NCBI GenBank assembly: GCA_044222185.1
Contig: JBGANV010000001.1
Span: 704,001 to 768,000, forward strand
DNA: 64,000 nt
Direction: 5' to 3'
Source: Planctomycetota bacterium
GTDB taxonomy: Bacteria; Planctomycetota; GCA-002687715; CAIWVZ01
Shown here: one piece after another, positions 35,272-45,482 of the stretch
How positions within the stretch are numbered: position 1 is the stretch's first letter
How the letters are laid out: every line of letters begins with the position of its first letter
Notes under the pieces: generated by a model
Told to the model about the DNA's origin: nothing
The model's input: only the letters and a program-made list of their open reading frames with translations
Database searches by the model: none
Program-made: the position numbers and the translations under genes

Positions 35272-37896
35272 TCAGTAGCCGAGCACGACGTCGAGAGCGT
35301 TGCTCAGCGCGAACGAACCCGGAAGCAACACGCCCGACTGGGCGCGCAGCGTGAACCCCCACGCCGCGGCGAGGAGTGGGAGCGGCACCGTCGAACTCGC
35401 GACGCCGCTCGCGCTCGTCGTGAACTCGGCCAGCAACGAGAGGCTTGGAAGGTCCAGGTGAACGAGGCATCCGTTGCCGGCGTCCCAGGACGTCGCGGGG
35501 ACGAGCGAAACGTACGTCTGACCATGGAGGCCTGGGGACGTGGTGACGCTCCAGGACCAGGTGTTGCCGATCACGGGCAGGGTGGCTTCCAGGTACGGGT
35601 TCACTGGCAGGGGGCCACATCCGCTGCCGGCGATCGCCGTCGACGCCGGCGCCCGAAGCACGGGGAACGTGAGGAGCGCGCTTCCCCGAACGAGAAGCTC
35701 GCCGTTCGCGATCGCGGCGCACGCGGGTGCGAGGCCGTTCGACGTGGGCGCCCAGGAACTGACGACGCCCGTCGCGCGGTCGATCTCGGCAAGGCCTGCG
35801 CGCGGCAGGCCGCCCGCCGTCGAGAACGTGCCACCGACCAGGAGAGACGGGCCGGCGAGAACCATCCCCGTGGCCGCGCCCGGGTAGTACGGAACTGGCG
35901 GGAATGCGGGTGCCGTGAGGATCGGCGTTGGCCACCCCGTGAGCGCACCCGATGTCCGGTCGACCTCCGCGAGTCCCACCCGGGACACGCCACCGAGCGA
36001 AGCGAAATCGCCCGACAAATAGACAGTCGACTCCGCGACGCAGACGGACGACACGAACGAGCCGCCTTCGACAGCCGCATCGAAGGGGCGAACGGCGCCG
36101 GTCGCCGCGTCGAACGCGACGAGGTTGCGGCGTCCCCACTCGACGAAGTTGCCATGGACCCACACGGTGTCGCCCGCGACCTCCATGCCACGGAATCCCG
36201 ACGTGGCGAACGTCAGCCCCGGGTCCCAAGGCAGGACCGCCCCGGATTGAATGTCGACGGACGCCAGGCCTGACCGTGGAGTGCCGCCCACATAATCGAA
36301 CTCACCCACGATGAAGAGGTCGCTGCCGCGGACCCGCAGCCCTCGGACGCGGTTCGGCAATCCGGGAGAGACGGCCGAGGTTCCCGGGTTCCAGGAACTC
36401 ACCGCACCGGTCGTCAAGTCGATGGCCGCGAGGTTCGTCCTCGGGACCCCGTCGATCGCCGTGAATTCACCTCCGAGGTAGAGCGTGGAGCCGACGACGG
36501 TGACGGCGTGCACGGTGCCTGCGACGGTGGGGACCGTTTCGATTTGTATCCCCGCTGCGAGGTCGACGGCCGCCAGGGAGTTGCGCGGGCGGCTTCCGAT
36601 CCCCGACGTCCGAAGGAGCACCGTGGTTCCGCTTGTGGCGAACGTGTACTGGGGCATGGCGCCTGGCGACGGATTCCACGGAGAGGCGAGCGCCGTGGTG
36701 AGATCGAGTTCAGCGAGGCCACGCCGTGGTTGTCCCCCTGCGGCCGTGAAGGTGCCGCCGATCCGGACCGTCGACGCCGTGAGCTCCAACGTCGTGACCA
36801 CCGAGATCTGCGTGGGAAGCTGCGAGCTGGGGTTGAGCTGCGCATTCCACGGCAGGACGGCCGCCGTGCTCGCGTCGAGGGCCGCAAGACGCACGCGCGT
36901 CACGCCGGCGATCGAACCAAATTCTCCGCCAGCGATGACCATGTTGCCGGTGGCCGCAAGCACGCGGACGGTTCCGTCCGCTGCTGGCGCCCAAGGCGTC
37001 AATGCTCCGGACGTCGCATCAGCCGCCGCGAGGCGCGATCGCGTCACACCGCCGATCGATGTGAAGTTGCCGCCGATCCAGACCGTGCTGCCGCTGGCGG
37101 CGAGCGCGCGCGCATTCGTCGTGGCTCCCGGATACCACGGCAGGACGGCGCCTGTCGTCTGGTCGAGCGCCGCCAGCCCCGTGCGCGGCTGTCCCCATGC
37201 TCCGGTGAACGCACCGGCGACGTACACGGCTCCGGAATGAAGCGCGATCGAAAGTACGGCGGACCCCTGCGGGAAGACGGGCGCGGGTGTCAGCGAGGCG
37301 TTCCACGGAAGGACGGTCCCATCCGCGGCCGACACGGCGGCGATCCCGTACCGCGGAAGCCCGCCTGCGCTCACGAGCGTCCCGCCGATGTAGAGAACGC
37401 CGGCGTCGAGCGCGAGGGCCCAGATCCCGGCCGATGCTCCGGAGATCTGAGTCATGACCAGCGCCGCGTCCCATGCTGCGTCGACGCTGCCGTCGGGAAG
37501 GATGTGTGCGACGCCCGGTCGGAACAGCCCGGCGACGAAGTAGAACTGGCCCCCGATGAACCATCCGCCGAAGCCATCGGCGACGGCACACGTGGTCAGT
37601 CCCGATTCGATCGGAGTCGGCGTCCCGATCTGCGCTCCCGTGATGGTGTCCGTTCGCACGAGCCCTTCGGCGGGTCGAAAGACCCGGGTGAAGGAGCCGG
37701 CGAACCACGCCGTCCGTCCAGACACCGCGAGCGACTCTATGGAGTTGACGTCGACGACGTAGGACGTCGACGGAGTGACGCCCAGCGACTGCGCTGGTGA
37801 CGTGTGGGGCGAGGCCAGGTTCGCGAGGACTACCGTGAACCACCAGGCCAATCTCGCGCCGACCCGAATGCGTGACCCTCGCCGTCGTGTTTGCAT
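35272..37896 (-). CDS. Secreted beta-propeller repeat protein with C-terminal beta domain
   Basis: About 11 repeats of GGxFTxxGGxxRxxLAAxDxxTGxxxxWxP; signal peptide; ends LRAQSGVLLPGSFALSNALDVVLGY. Confidence 0.85.
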   Translation of the reverse strand: MQTRRRGSRIRVGARLAWWFTVVLANLASPHTSPAQSLGVTPSTSYVVDVNSIESLAVSGRTAWFAGSFTRVFRPAEGLVRTDTITGAQIGTPTPIESGLTTCAVADGFGGWFIGGQFYFVAGLFRPGVAHILPDGSVDAAWDAALVMTQISGASAGIWALALDAGVLYIGGTLVSAGGLPRYGIAAVSAADGTVLPWNASLTPAPVFPQGSAVLSIALHSGAVYVAGAFTGAWGQPRTGLAALDQTTGAVLPWYPGATTNARALAASGSTVWIGGNFTSIGGVTRSRLAAADATSGALTPWAPAADGTVRVLAATGNMVIAGGEFGSIAGVTRVRLAALDASTAAVLPWNAQLNPSSQLPTQISVVTTLELTASTVRIGGTFTAAGGQPRRGLAELDLTTALASPWNPSPGAMPQYTFATSGTTVLLRTSGIGSRPRNSLAAVDLAAGIQIETVPTVAGTVHAVTVVGSTLYLGGEFTAIDGVPRTNLAAIDLTTGAVSSWNPGTSAVSPGLPNRVRGLRVRGSDLFIVGEFDYVGGTPRSGLASVDIQSGAVLPWDPGLTFATSGFRGMEVAGDTVWVHGNFVEWGRRNLVAFDAATGAVRPFDAAVEGGSFVSSVCVAESTVYLSGDFASLGGVSRVGLAEVDRTSGALTGWPTPILTAPAFPPVPYYPGAATGMVLAGPSLLVGGTFSTAGGLPRAGLAEIDRATGVVSSWAPTSNGLAPACAAIANGELLVRGSALLTFPVLRAPASTAIAGSGCGPLPVNPYLEATLPVIGNTWSWSVTTSPGLHGQTYVSLVPATSWDAGNGCLVHLDLPSLSLLAEFTTSASGVASSTVPLPLLAAAWGFTLRAQSGVLLPGSFALSNALDVVLGY

Positions 37897-37960
37897 GGCC
37901 CGGAGATTGTCGCAGATCCTCTCACGCGAGGGGCCAAGACCGTCGGAATCGCAAGAACGC

Positions 37961-38569
37961 TCACGGACCCATGCGCCGTCGGGCTTCCTCCAGGTCCGCT
38001 GGCGTGTCGAGGTCGAACAGCACGGCGTCCGTGGCAACCGGCGCGCCGACGACATGTTGCAGGTTGTTGCGGTAGACGACGCGACCTGAGGACGCGGGTT
38101 CCAGCGCCAGGAACTCCCGGGCGTAACCGCGCGCGTAGAGGACGGGGTGGCCCCATCCTGAGGAGAACGTCGGACGCACGATCATCCCGGCCGGCTCGCC
38201 CCGCCGTCGGTACACGCCGATCAGCGCGTCCAGGTCTGCGCGCGTCACGAGGCAGTGATCGACGGGGTGGATCAGGAAGGCCCCCGCCTCAGCTCCGAGC
38301 GCCCTCAGCCCGCACTGCAGCGATGAGAGTTGGCCGCGATCGTGGTCGGGATTGGTCACCGCACGAACACGCGGCCGAGTGACGTGGGCCTCGACCAGTT
38401 CGGCCTGATGCCCGAGCACGACGATCACTTCGTCGACGGTGGACTCCAGCACCTCGTCGAGGAGCCGTGCGATCAGCGGCCGACCTGCGATGTCGAGGAT
38501 TCCTTTCGTGCCTCCGACCCTCGATCCGCGCCCGGCCGCCAGAAGGATGTCGACGACGGGGCTCGTCAT
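37961..38569 (-). CDS. mocA: MocA-like nucleotidyltransferase (molybdenum cofactor cytidylyltransferase family)
   Basis: ILLAAGRGSRVGGTK, NPDHDRGQLSSLQCG, PVDH, GHPVL, DLDTPAD. ATGA overlap with the upstream gene. Confidence 0.72.
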   Translation of the reverse strand: MTSPVVDILLAAGRGSRVGGTKGILDIAGRPLIARLLDEVLESTVDEVIVVLGHQAELVEAHVTRPRVRAVTNPDHDRGQLSSLQCGLRALGAEAGAFLIHPVDHCLVTRADLDALIGVYRRRGEPAGMIVRPTFSSGWGHPVLYARGYAREFLALEPASSGRVVYRNNLQHVVGAPVATDAVLFDLDTPADLEEARRRMGP

Positions 38570-40176
38570 TTCAGGGGCTTGCGCAGGACCTGGCCCGGGC
38601 GCAGGAGGGTGTGCTTGCCGTCCTCGGAGACCACGGTGCCGTTCACGACGACCCACTTGATGCCGACCGGCGGGCGGAGCGGCTCCTCGTACGTCGCGCC
38701 ATCGGCAATCGTCTTCGGGTCGAACACGACGAGGTCGGCGAACCTGCCGACGGCGATCGAGCCGCGATCCGCGATTCCAAAGGCGCCGGCAGGGAGGCTC
38801 GTCATCTTGCGGATCGCGTCCTCGATCGGGATCACGCCCAATTCACGCACGTAACGTCCGAGCACGCGTGGGTTGTTGCCGAACCCGCGCGGGTGCGGCC
38901 GACTGCCGTCGTCGTTGCGGACGCCGGCGTCGGACGCGACGGAGACGTAGGGAGCCTTCATGAACGTCTGCACGTCGGCGTCGTTCATCCCGTGATAGAC
39001 CATGCTCACGCGGGAGCCCTTCGAGCGGATCATGATCTCGGCTGCCGCATCCGCCTGATCGAATGCCGTCCTGGCGTGCTTCAACGTGTCCGCCGCATCG
39101 GCGAGCGTCTTGCCCGCGAGCGTCGGCAGGTTCGGCGCATTCGCGATCTGCGCGTAGGCAAGGTCCGTGAACCCGTTCTTCGTTGCGCGGTCGAGAACGG
39201 CCTGCGCCATCCGTTTGCGGAACTCGGGATCGTTCCCGAGCTTCTCGCAGAATGCCTTGCGTCCGACCTCGAGCTCGTCCGACGGGAAGAGGATGTCGAG
39301 GCTCGTCGACGACGCCGCGTATGCATATTGGTCCGCCGTGATCGTGAGGCCGTCGGCCTTCGCCTTGGCGATGCGACCGAGGATGCGCTCGGCCTGCCCC
39401 CACACGGCCTTCCCGCTGCTCTTGATGTGCGAAACGTGGATCGGGAGCTTCGCCTCGCGGCCGATCGTGAAGATCTCGTCCAGCGACTTGTCGATGTCGA
39501 GTCCCTCGTTGCGCATGTGCGAGACGTACAGGCCGCCGAATCGCGCGACGACCTTCGAGAGCTCGACGAGCTCGGGCGTCGCCGAATACGTCCCCGGCAC
39601 GTAGATCAGGCCGGTCGACATCCCGAAGGCTCCGGCCTTCATACCGGCCTCGACGAGGCCCTTCATCTTCTCGAGTTCGTCCGCCGTGGGCGCGCGGCGC
39701 GCGAGTTTCATCACCTGCGAGCGCACGGTGCCATGTCCGACGAGCGTGCCGTAGTTGATGCTCACGCCCTGGGCCGCGGTCTTCTTCAGGTGGGCGTCGA
39801 CGTCCTCCGCCGCGCTTCCGCAGTTGCCCGTGATGATCGTCGTCACGCCCATGGCGACGAAGTTCTCGATGTTCGGGTGGGTGAGCACGTCGTCGTCGAT
39901 GTGCGTGTGCAGATCGATGAATCCGGGCGCGACGACGAGCCCCTTGGCGTCGAGCGTCTTCGTCGCGCTCCACCCCGACCCGTCGCCGATGCGGACGATC
40001 CGGCCGTCCTGCACGGCCACGTCGGCTCGGACGCCCGGAGAACCTGAGCCGTCGATCACCAGGCCCTGGCGGATCACGAGGTCGAAGGACGGGGGCGCGC
40101 TGTCTTGCGCGGACGCGGTCACAAGGAGCCACAGGGCGAATGAAACGATCTCGACGGTTCGGATGGAGCGGATCAT
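38566..40176 (-). CDS. Exported N-acyl-D-amino-acid deacylase (amidohydrolase)
   Basis: PGFIDLHTH, GVTTIITGNCG, GMSTGLIYVPG, SHMRNE, SHIKS, HPRGFG, KMTSLPA; signal peptide. Confidence 0.9.
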   Translation of the reverse strand: MIRSIRTVEIVSFALWLLVTASAQDSAPPSFDLVIRQGLVIDGSGSPGVRADVAVQDGRIVRIGDGSGWSATKTLDAKGLVVAPGFIDLHTHIDDDVLTHPNIENFVAMGVTTIITGNCGSAAEDVDAHLKKTAAQGVSINYGTLVGHGTVRSQVMKLARRAPTADELEKMKGLVEAGMKAGAFGMSTGLIYVPGTYSATPELVELSKVVARFGGLYVSHMRNEGLDIDKSLDEIFTIGREAKLPIHVSHIKSSGKAVWGQAERILGRIAKAKADGLTITADQYAYAASSTSLDILFPSDELEVGRKAFCEKLGNDPEFRKRMAQAVLDRATKNGFTDLAYAQIANAPNLPTLAGKTLADAADTLKHARTAFDQADAAAEIMIRSKGSRVSMVYHGMNDADVQTFMKAPYVSVASDAGVRNDDGSRPHPRGFGNNPRVLGRYVRELGVIPIEDAIRKMTSLPAGAFGIADRGSIAVGRFADLVVFDPKTIADGATYEEPLRPPVGIKWVVVNGTVVSEDGKHTLLRPGQVLRKPLK

Positions 40177-40262
40177 GGCGAGATCATATTTGGATGCTCA
40201 CGGACCGCTACGGTCGCCGTCGCGATCGTTATGATCCCGCCTCATTCAGCGAAGGAACTCCC

Positions 40263-42359
40263 GTGCCCAACTCGCTCGACGCCATCTTTCGTCCCCGTTC
40301 CGTGGCCGTCGTCGGTGCCTCGCGCCGTGCGGAGTCCATCGGGACGAGCATCGTCCGAAATCTCTTCAGGAGCGGTTTCTCCGGAATGATCTTTCCGGTC
40401 AACCGCGAGGCCCACGTCATCCATTCGGTGAAGGCCTATTCGACGGTATCGGCCATTCCCGATCCCGTCGACCTCGCCGTGATCGTCGTGCCACGGTCTC
40501 ACGTACGGGAGACCGTGGAGGATTGCGCGAAGAAAGGGGTGAAGGGGCTCGTGGTCATCACGGCCGGCTTCCGGGAGACGGGTGCCGCGGGCCTCGCGGA
40601 CGAAGAGTGGCTGCGCCAGTTCTGCCGTGAGAAGGGCATGCGCCTCGTCGGGCCCAACTGCATGGGTGTGATCAACGCCGAGCCCGAGTTCGCGCTCGAC
40701 GCGACGTTCGCACCCGTCGGCGCGGACTTCGGCAGCGTGGCGTTCGCGAGCCAATCGGGCGCCATGGGCGTCGCGATCTTGAACTCGTGCAAGCGGCTCG
40801 GGATCGGCTTCACGCAGTTCGTGTCCATGGGGAACAAGGCCGACGTCTCGGGCAACGACCTGCTCGAGTATTGGGAGAACGACCCCCGCACGCGGCTCAT
40901 CGCGTTCTACCTGGAAGGTCTCGGCAACCCGGCGAGATTCCAGGAGATCGTTCGCAGAGTCACGAAGAAGAAACCAGTGTTGATGGTGAAGAGCGGACGG
41001 AGTCGGGTTGGCGCGCGCGCCGCATCGAGTCACACGGGATCGGCCGCCGGCGGCGACACGGCGATCTCGGCCCTGATCGATCAGTGCGGCGTTCTTCGGT
41101 GCGACACGCTCGAGGAGTTGTTCGACGTCGCCGCGGCCTTCACGCGGTGTCCGCTGCCTGCTGGTCGCCGCATCGCCATCGTCAGCAACGCGGGCGGACC
41201 TGCGATCATGGCGGCCGACGCCGCCGAAGCACTGGGGTTGTTCATCAACCCGTTGTCCGACGCCGCGAAGGCTCGCCTACGCACGTTCCTCCCGGCCGAG
41301 GCGTCGGTGCAGAATCCGGTCGACATGATCGCGTCGGCCAAGACCGAGAACTACGTGCGCACGTTGGAGGTGGTCCTGGCGGAGGAGTCCGTCGACGCCG
41401 TCATCGTGATCAGCGTCCCCCCGGTGCTGTTCGACCCGACGGAACTCATGAAGCGCGTGACCGAAGTCACTCGAACGGCGAAGAAGCCGGTCCTGACGGT
41501 CTTCATGGCGAAGGAGGAGTTCTACGAGACGGTGCACGAGATCCCGGACCACCCGCCCGTGTATCGGTTCCCGGAGAACGCCTTGCGTGCGCTCGCCGAC
41601 ATGTGCCGCCATGCAACCTGGTGCGCCAGGCCGGTCGAACCGACGGTGACGTTCGACGACGTGGACGACGCGGAGGTCCGTCGCGTGATCGCAGCGCGCA
41701 AGGCTCCGTGGCTCGATGCGGAGGAACTGCGGCGCGTGCTCGCGGCCTACCGGCTGCCGGTTCCCGCACAGCGGACCGGGCGCAACCTCGCCGAGGTCCT
41801 GGCTGCCGCGAAGGTCGTCGGGTTTCCGTGCGTCTTGAAGGCCATGGGAGAGAAACTCGTCCACAAGAGTGACGTCGGCGGTGTCGCGTTGGGCATCGAG
41901 TCGGAAGGGGACCTGAAAGCGGCGTTTGCAGGCATGCAGTCCGCACTGGACAAAGCGGGAGTCCTGCGCCACGCGGAGGCCTACCTGGTGCAGCAGCAGG
42001 TCGCCGCGGGGCGTGAGGTGATCGTCGGAGCGTTCCGCGACGCGAAGGTGGGACCCGTGCTCGCCTTCGGCATGGGCGGTCGGTACGTGGAGGCGCTGAA
42101 GGACATGGCATTCCGCCTGCCGCCGCTGACGCGGTCGGATGCCGTCGACATCACGACGTCGATCCGCGGGACGAAGATCCTCACGGGAATTCGCGGCGAG
42201 GCTTCCGTCGACCACGCGCGGCTCGAGGACATCGTCCTGCGGGTCGGGCAACTCGTCTCCAGGCACCGCGAGATCGCCGAACTCGATCTGAACCCAGTGA
42301 TCGCGCACCCGGTCGGGACACCGACGCTCGTCGCCGACGCACGGATCCGGATCGAGTGA
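40263..42359 (+). CDS. ADP-forming acyl-CoA synthetase, fused alpha-beta (acetate-CoA ligase family)
   Basis: PRSVAVVGAS, GPNCMG, SQSGA, SMGNKAD, SSHTGS (phospho-His), NAGGP, NPVD, HKSDVGGV, ELDLNP, DARI. No GNAT domain. Confidence 0.9.
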   Translation: MPNSLDAIFRPRSVAVVGASRRAESIGTSIVRNLFRSGFSGMIFPVNREAHVIHSVKAYSTVSAIPDPVDLAVIVVPRSHVRETVEDCAKKGVKGLVVITAGFRETGAAGLADEEWLRQFCREKGMRLVGPNCMGVINAEPEFALDATFAPVGADFGSVAFASQSGAMGVAILNSCKRLGIGFTQFVSMGNKADVSGNDLLEYWENDPRTRLIAFYLEGLGNPARFQEIVRRVTKKKPVLMVKSGRSRVGARAASSHTGSAAGGDTAISALIDQCGVLRCDTLEELFDVAAAFTRCPLPAGRRIAIVSNAGGPAIMAADAAEALGLFINPLSDAAKARLRTFLPAEASVQNPVDMIASAKTENYVRTLEVVLAEESVDAVIVISVPPVLFDPTELMKRVTEVTRTAKKPVLTVFMAKEEFYETVHEIPDHPPVYRFPENALRALADMCRHATWCARPVEPTVTFDDVDDAEVRRVIAARKAPWLDAEELRRVLAAYRLPVPAQRTGRNLAEVLAAAKVVGFPCVLKAMGEKLVHKSDVGGVALGIESEGDLKAAFAGMQSALDKAGVLRHAEAYLVQQQVAAGREVIVGAFRDAKVGPVLAFGMGGRYVEALKDMAFRLPPLTRSDAVDITTSIRGTKILTGIRGEASVDHARLEDIVLRVGQLVSRHREIAELDLNPVIAHPVGTPTLVADARIRIE

Positions 42360-42366
42360 CGGAGGC

Positions 42367-43572
42367 TCAACTCACTGCGATGAACAAGCCCTTCAGGTAG
42401 CGGCCCTCAGGGAAGTCGAGCCCGACGGGATGATCGGGCGCCGCACCGAGGAACTGCACGACCCTTGCGCGGCGCCGCGCCTGCCTCGCCGCATCCTGGA
42501 CGATGGCGAAGAACTGCTCTTCGCTGACCGCACCCGAGCAGCTGAAAGTGAACAGCAACCCGCCGGGCTTCACGGTCTCGAGGGCGAGGCGGTTCATGTC
42601 GCGGTACTTGGATAGCGCCTGCTGGACTTCGCCGCGCCCGGCCGCCAGCTTGTGCGGGTCGAGCACGATCACGTCGAACTGCGCGTTCGCTTCCCTGCGT
42701 TCGCGCAGGTAATCGAAGAGATCCGCGTGGATCCAGTCGCCAGCCACCTGGTTGAGCTTGGCGTTCTTCCTGGCGCGCTCGATGGCCTTCTCGTCGAGGT
42801 CGACGCCGACGACGGACGATGCGTGCCCGCGCTTCTTCGCATGGATCGCGAAGCCGCCAGCGTTGGTGCAGAGGTCGAGCACGCTCTTGCCGCGTACGAA
42901 CCTGGAGACGAGCGAACGGTTGTCGCGCTGGTCCAGGAAGATGCCCGTCTTGTGCCCCTGCGAGAGGTCGGCGTCGAAGGTGACACCGTGTTCGCGCACC
43001 TTGGCCGAAAGGCCTGCGCGCGGAGCCGGCATCTGGAAGCCCTCGAGCTCCGCCGACCGTGCGTCGCCGATGAACACGATCTGTTCGACGCCGGGCAGCC
43101 GGCGGAGTTCGGACTCGAGGATCTCAGCCTGACGAACCCAACCGAGCGCGTAGATCATCGCGACGAGCGTCGTTCCGTAGCGATCGACGACGAGGCCCGA
43201 AAGTCCGTCTGCCTCGCCGTGGACGATCCGCGCGCCGTCCGTCACCTCGTGAAGCCTGAGCGTTTGAGTGCGGAAGTCGTGCGCGGCCGTGAGGCGGTCA
43301 CGAAGGAGCATCCTCAGGTCGCCTTCGGTCGGAGCGCCGAGCGCACGAAAGGCGATCTCCGAGCGGCGATTCAGGAGTCCGTGGGCAAGGACCAGGCCGG
43401 ACTTGTCCCGCAATGCGACGAAGGAGCCGTTGGGGACCTTCGGGGGCGGGAAGAGGACCATCTTTTTGAACACCCACGGAGAGTGCGGAAGCGTCTTCGT
43501 GCGTAGCACGGCGTCGCTGTGGGAAGTGGCCGGTGCGTAGGTGGGGGAGTCGTCGGCATCGTCGTCGGACAT
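42367..43572 (-). CDS. rlmI: RlmI-like class I SAM-dependent 23S rRNA methyltransferase
   Basis: PWVF, HGEADGLSGLVVDRYG, GHKTGIFLDQRDNR, VLDLC..AGGF, FDVIVLDP, TFSCS, APDHP...PEGRYLKG. Confidence 0.8.
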   Translation of the reverse strand: MSDDDADDSPTYAPATSHSDAVLRTKTLPHSPWVFKKMVLFPPPKVPNGSFVALRDKSGLVLAHGLLNRRSEIAFRALGAPTEGDLRMLLRDRLTAAHDFRTQTLRLHEVTDGARIVHGEADGLSGLVVDRYGTTLVAMIYALGWVRQAEILESELRRLPGVEQIVFIGDARSAELEGFQMPAPRAGLSAKVREHGVTFDADLSQGHKTGIFLDQRDNRSLVSRFVRGKSVLDLCTNAGGFAIHAKKRGHASSVVGVDLDEKAIERARKNAKLNQVAGDWIHADLFDYLRERREANAQFDVIVLDPHKLAAGRGEVQQALSKYRDMNRLALETVKPGGLLFTFSCSGAVSEEQFFAIVQDAARQARRRARVVQFLGAAPDHPVGLDFPEGRYLKGLFIAVS

Positions 43573-43725
43573 GGGGCGACGTTCTAACAGGCGCGCTGTC
43601 GGAGCGTGCCGGATGCCGGCCTGTTTCAGGGCGTGTTCCGACTCCTTTTCGCCGGAGCGGCATCCAAGGGGCGTCGATCGCAGCGGGGAATCCACCCCCT
43701 GCGCATCCCAGGAGATCAGAGAATC

Positions 43726-44463
43726 ATGAATCACCGTCCGACGTTCCTGCGACCGATCGCATGTTTGACCGCCGTCGCCCTCTTGAGTGGAGTCGCGGCG
43801 TTTGCCGGCGGGCCGATGAAGGTGAGCAAACCGTTCAGCGGTGTGAAGGTGAATGGGGGCACGGTCGCCTACACCATGAACGAGGGGCAGCACGTCCTCA
43901 CGCTTTCCGACGACTTCAAGACGCCCGATACGCCCGCGCCGCATTGGCAGGTCGTGGATTCGAAGGGCAACGTGTTCTTGCTCCAGCGCCTGCTCATCAA
44001 GGGGGACAGGTTCCACAAGAGCATCGCCCTTCCGTCCTACGTCGTCGACGTCGCGAAGGTGCAGATCTGGTGCGCGTTCGCCGAAACGCTTTTGGGCGAG
44101 ACGTCGTTCGACGCCGTCCTGAAGCTTGCGGACGTGGCTCCGTGCGCCGTCGCGACGAGCCAGCCGTTCAAAGGACCCAAGGCGAACGTGGGAACGGTCG
44201 CGGTCGGTCGTCTCGACGGTCAGCTCACGCTGACCCTCTCGGACGATTTCGTCGTTCCCGATACGCCCGCGCCGCATTGGCAGGTCGTCGACACGGAAGG
44301 GCGGACGTTCATGCTCCAACGCCTGGCGGTGAAGGACGGGAAGCTCAACAAGACGATCGGCGTTCCGGCCTACGTCAAGAGCCTCGCGAAGATCCAGATC
44401 TGGTGCGCGTTCGCCGAGACGGTCCTCGGCGAGGCGGTACTCACCGAACCCGTCACGAACTGA
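43726..44463 (+). CDS. Exported protein with two tandem DM13-like domains
   Basis: Internal duplication LTLSDDF..PDTPAPHWQVVD..G..F.LQRL..K...[VI]QIWCAFAET.LGE. AGGAG RBS. Confidence 0.75.
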   Translation: MNHRPTFLRPIACLTAVALLSGVAAFAGGPMKVSKPFSGVKVNGGTVAYTMNEGQHVLTLSDDFKTPDTPAPHWQVVDSKGNVFLLQRLLIKGDRFHKSIALPSYVVDVAKVQIWCAFAETLLGETSFDAVLKLADVAPCAVATSQPFKGPKANVGTVAVGRLDGQLTLTLSDDFVVPDTPAPHWQVVDTEGRTFMLQRLAVKDGKLNKTIGVPAYVKSLAKIQIWCAFAETVLGEAVLTEPVTN

Positions 44464-44478
44464 ACACATTCCGGCCCC

Positions 44479-44522
44479 GAGGCTGCAGTCCGCCACCGAA
44501 CGGCTGCGGCCTCGTTTTTTTT
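44479..44522 (+). terminator. Intrinsic terminator between the DM13 and GlcG genes
   Basis: 12-bp stem GAGGCTGCAGTC/GGCTGCGGCCTC with two G-U pairs, followed by T8. Confidence 0.7.
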
Positions 44523-44537
44523 CAGGGAGGTACGACC

Positions 44538-45482
44538 ATGAAGGTCCGATCCGTGCTCGCGGTCACACTCGTCGCGCTCAGTGGTGTCTCATCGGCGCCC
44601 GGCCAGGTTGTCACGAAGAACGCGATGAACTCGGAGGGCGCGCAGCGGGTGCTCGATGCTGCGGTGTCCGAATGCCAGAAGCGCCGCTTTGCCGCGTGCA
44701 TCGCCGTCGTCGACGATGGCGGCAACATCATGGCGCTTCGTCGGCTCGATGGGATCCAGCCGGCCAGCGGCAAGGTGGCGACGGGCAAGGCCCGCACGTC
44801 GGCGCTGTTCAACAAGCCGACGAAGTTCTTCGAGGACGTCATCAACAAAGGACGCACGGCGATGGCCGGCCTCGACGACTTCACCCCGCTGCAAGGCGGC
44901 GTCCCGATCGTCGTCGGAGGGCAGACCGTCGGTGCGATCGGGATCAGCGGAACGAGCCCGCCCGTCGACGAGGAGATCGCGATCCTCGCCGCGGCCGTTC
45001 TCGACGCACCGGCTCCGCCGCAGCAGCCGGCTGCGACTGGTCTGACGCCTCGCGCGACGTGCCCTCTGCCGAGGGGCGAGGGCCGCGCCGCTGGGTTGCC
45101 GGAGGTGGCGCGGATCGATGCCTCGGCCGTCGACACGGCGTTTCGAACGGGTGCCGTGCTCCTCGACCGTCCGCAGTTCGCGATCCATGCCAGTCGCCGC
45201 GAGACCCCGGGAAAGGCCGAAGTCCATCGCCGGGAAACGGACGTGATCTACGTCGTCGGCGGTAGTGCGACCCTGGTCACCGGCGGAGTGGTCGTCGATG
45301 GTTCGGAATCCGGTCCCGGCGAGATCCGCGGACGTGCGATCGACGGCGGCGACGCCCGTCGCGTGGCCAAGGGCGACGTGATCGTCGTGCCCGGCGGCGT
45401 GCCACACTGGTTCAAGGAGGTCGAGGGGGCGCTGACGTACTACGTGGTGAAGGTCCGCGACGCGGCAGGGGGCGGGTCATGA
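44538..45482 (+). CDS. Exported GlcG/HbpS heme-binding-family protein fused to a cupin domain
   Basis: IAVVDDGG...RLDG...A.GKARTS...GGVPI...VGAIGISG...DEEIA; cupin AEVH..ETDVIYV..G...GDVIVVPGGVPHWF. GGAGG RBS. Confidence 0.85.
   Translation: MKVRSVLAVTLVALSGVSSAPGQVVTKNAMNSEGAQRVLDAAVSECQKRRFAACIAVVDDGGNIMALRRLDGIQPASGKVATGKARTSALFNKPTKFFEDVINKGRTAMAGLDDFTPLQGGVPIVVGGQTVGAIGISGTSPPVDEEIAILAAAVLDAPAPPQQPAATGLTPRATCPLPRGEGRAAGLPEVARIDASAVDTAFRTGAVLLDRPQFAIHASRRETPGKAEVHRRETDVIYVVGGSATLVTGGVVVDGSESGPGEIRGRAIDGGDARRVAKGDVIVVPGGVPHWFKEVEGALTYYVVKVRDAAGGGS

Noticed and set aside
24021-37896. Periodic DNA (GACGGCGAC-type motifs) as a CRISPR or tandem array
   Set aside because: The periodicity comes from protein repeats; there are no fixed repeats with unique spacers and no cas genes.
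42367-44496. 709-aa methyltransferase with a long N-terminal extension (also long extensions at 33446..36229, 48878..51277, 43533..45482)
   Set aside because: The extensions overlap other genes; real starts are internal and supported by RBS, promoter or signal-peptide evidence.
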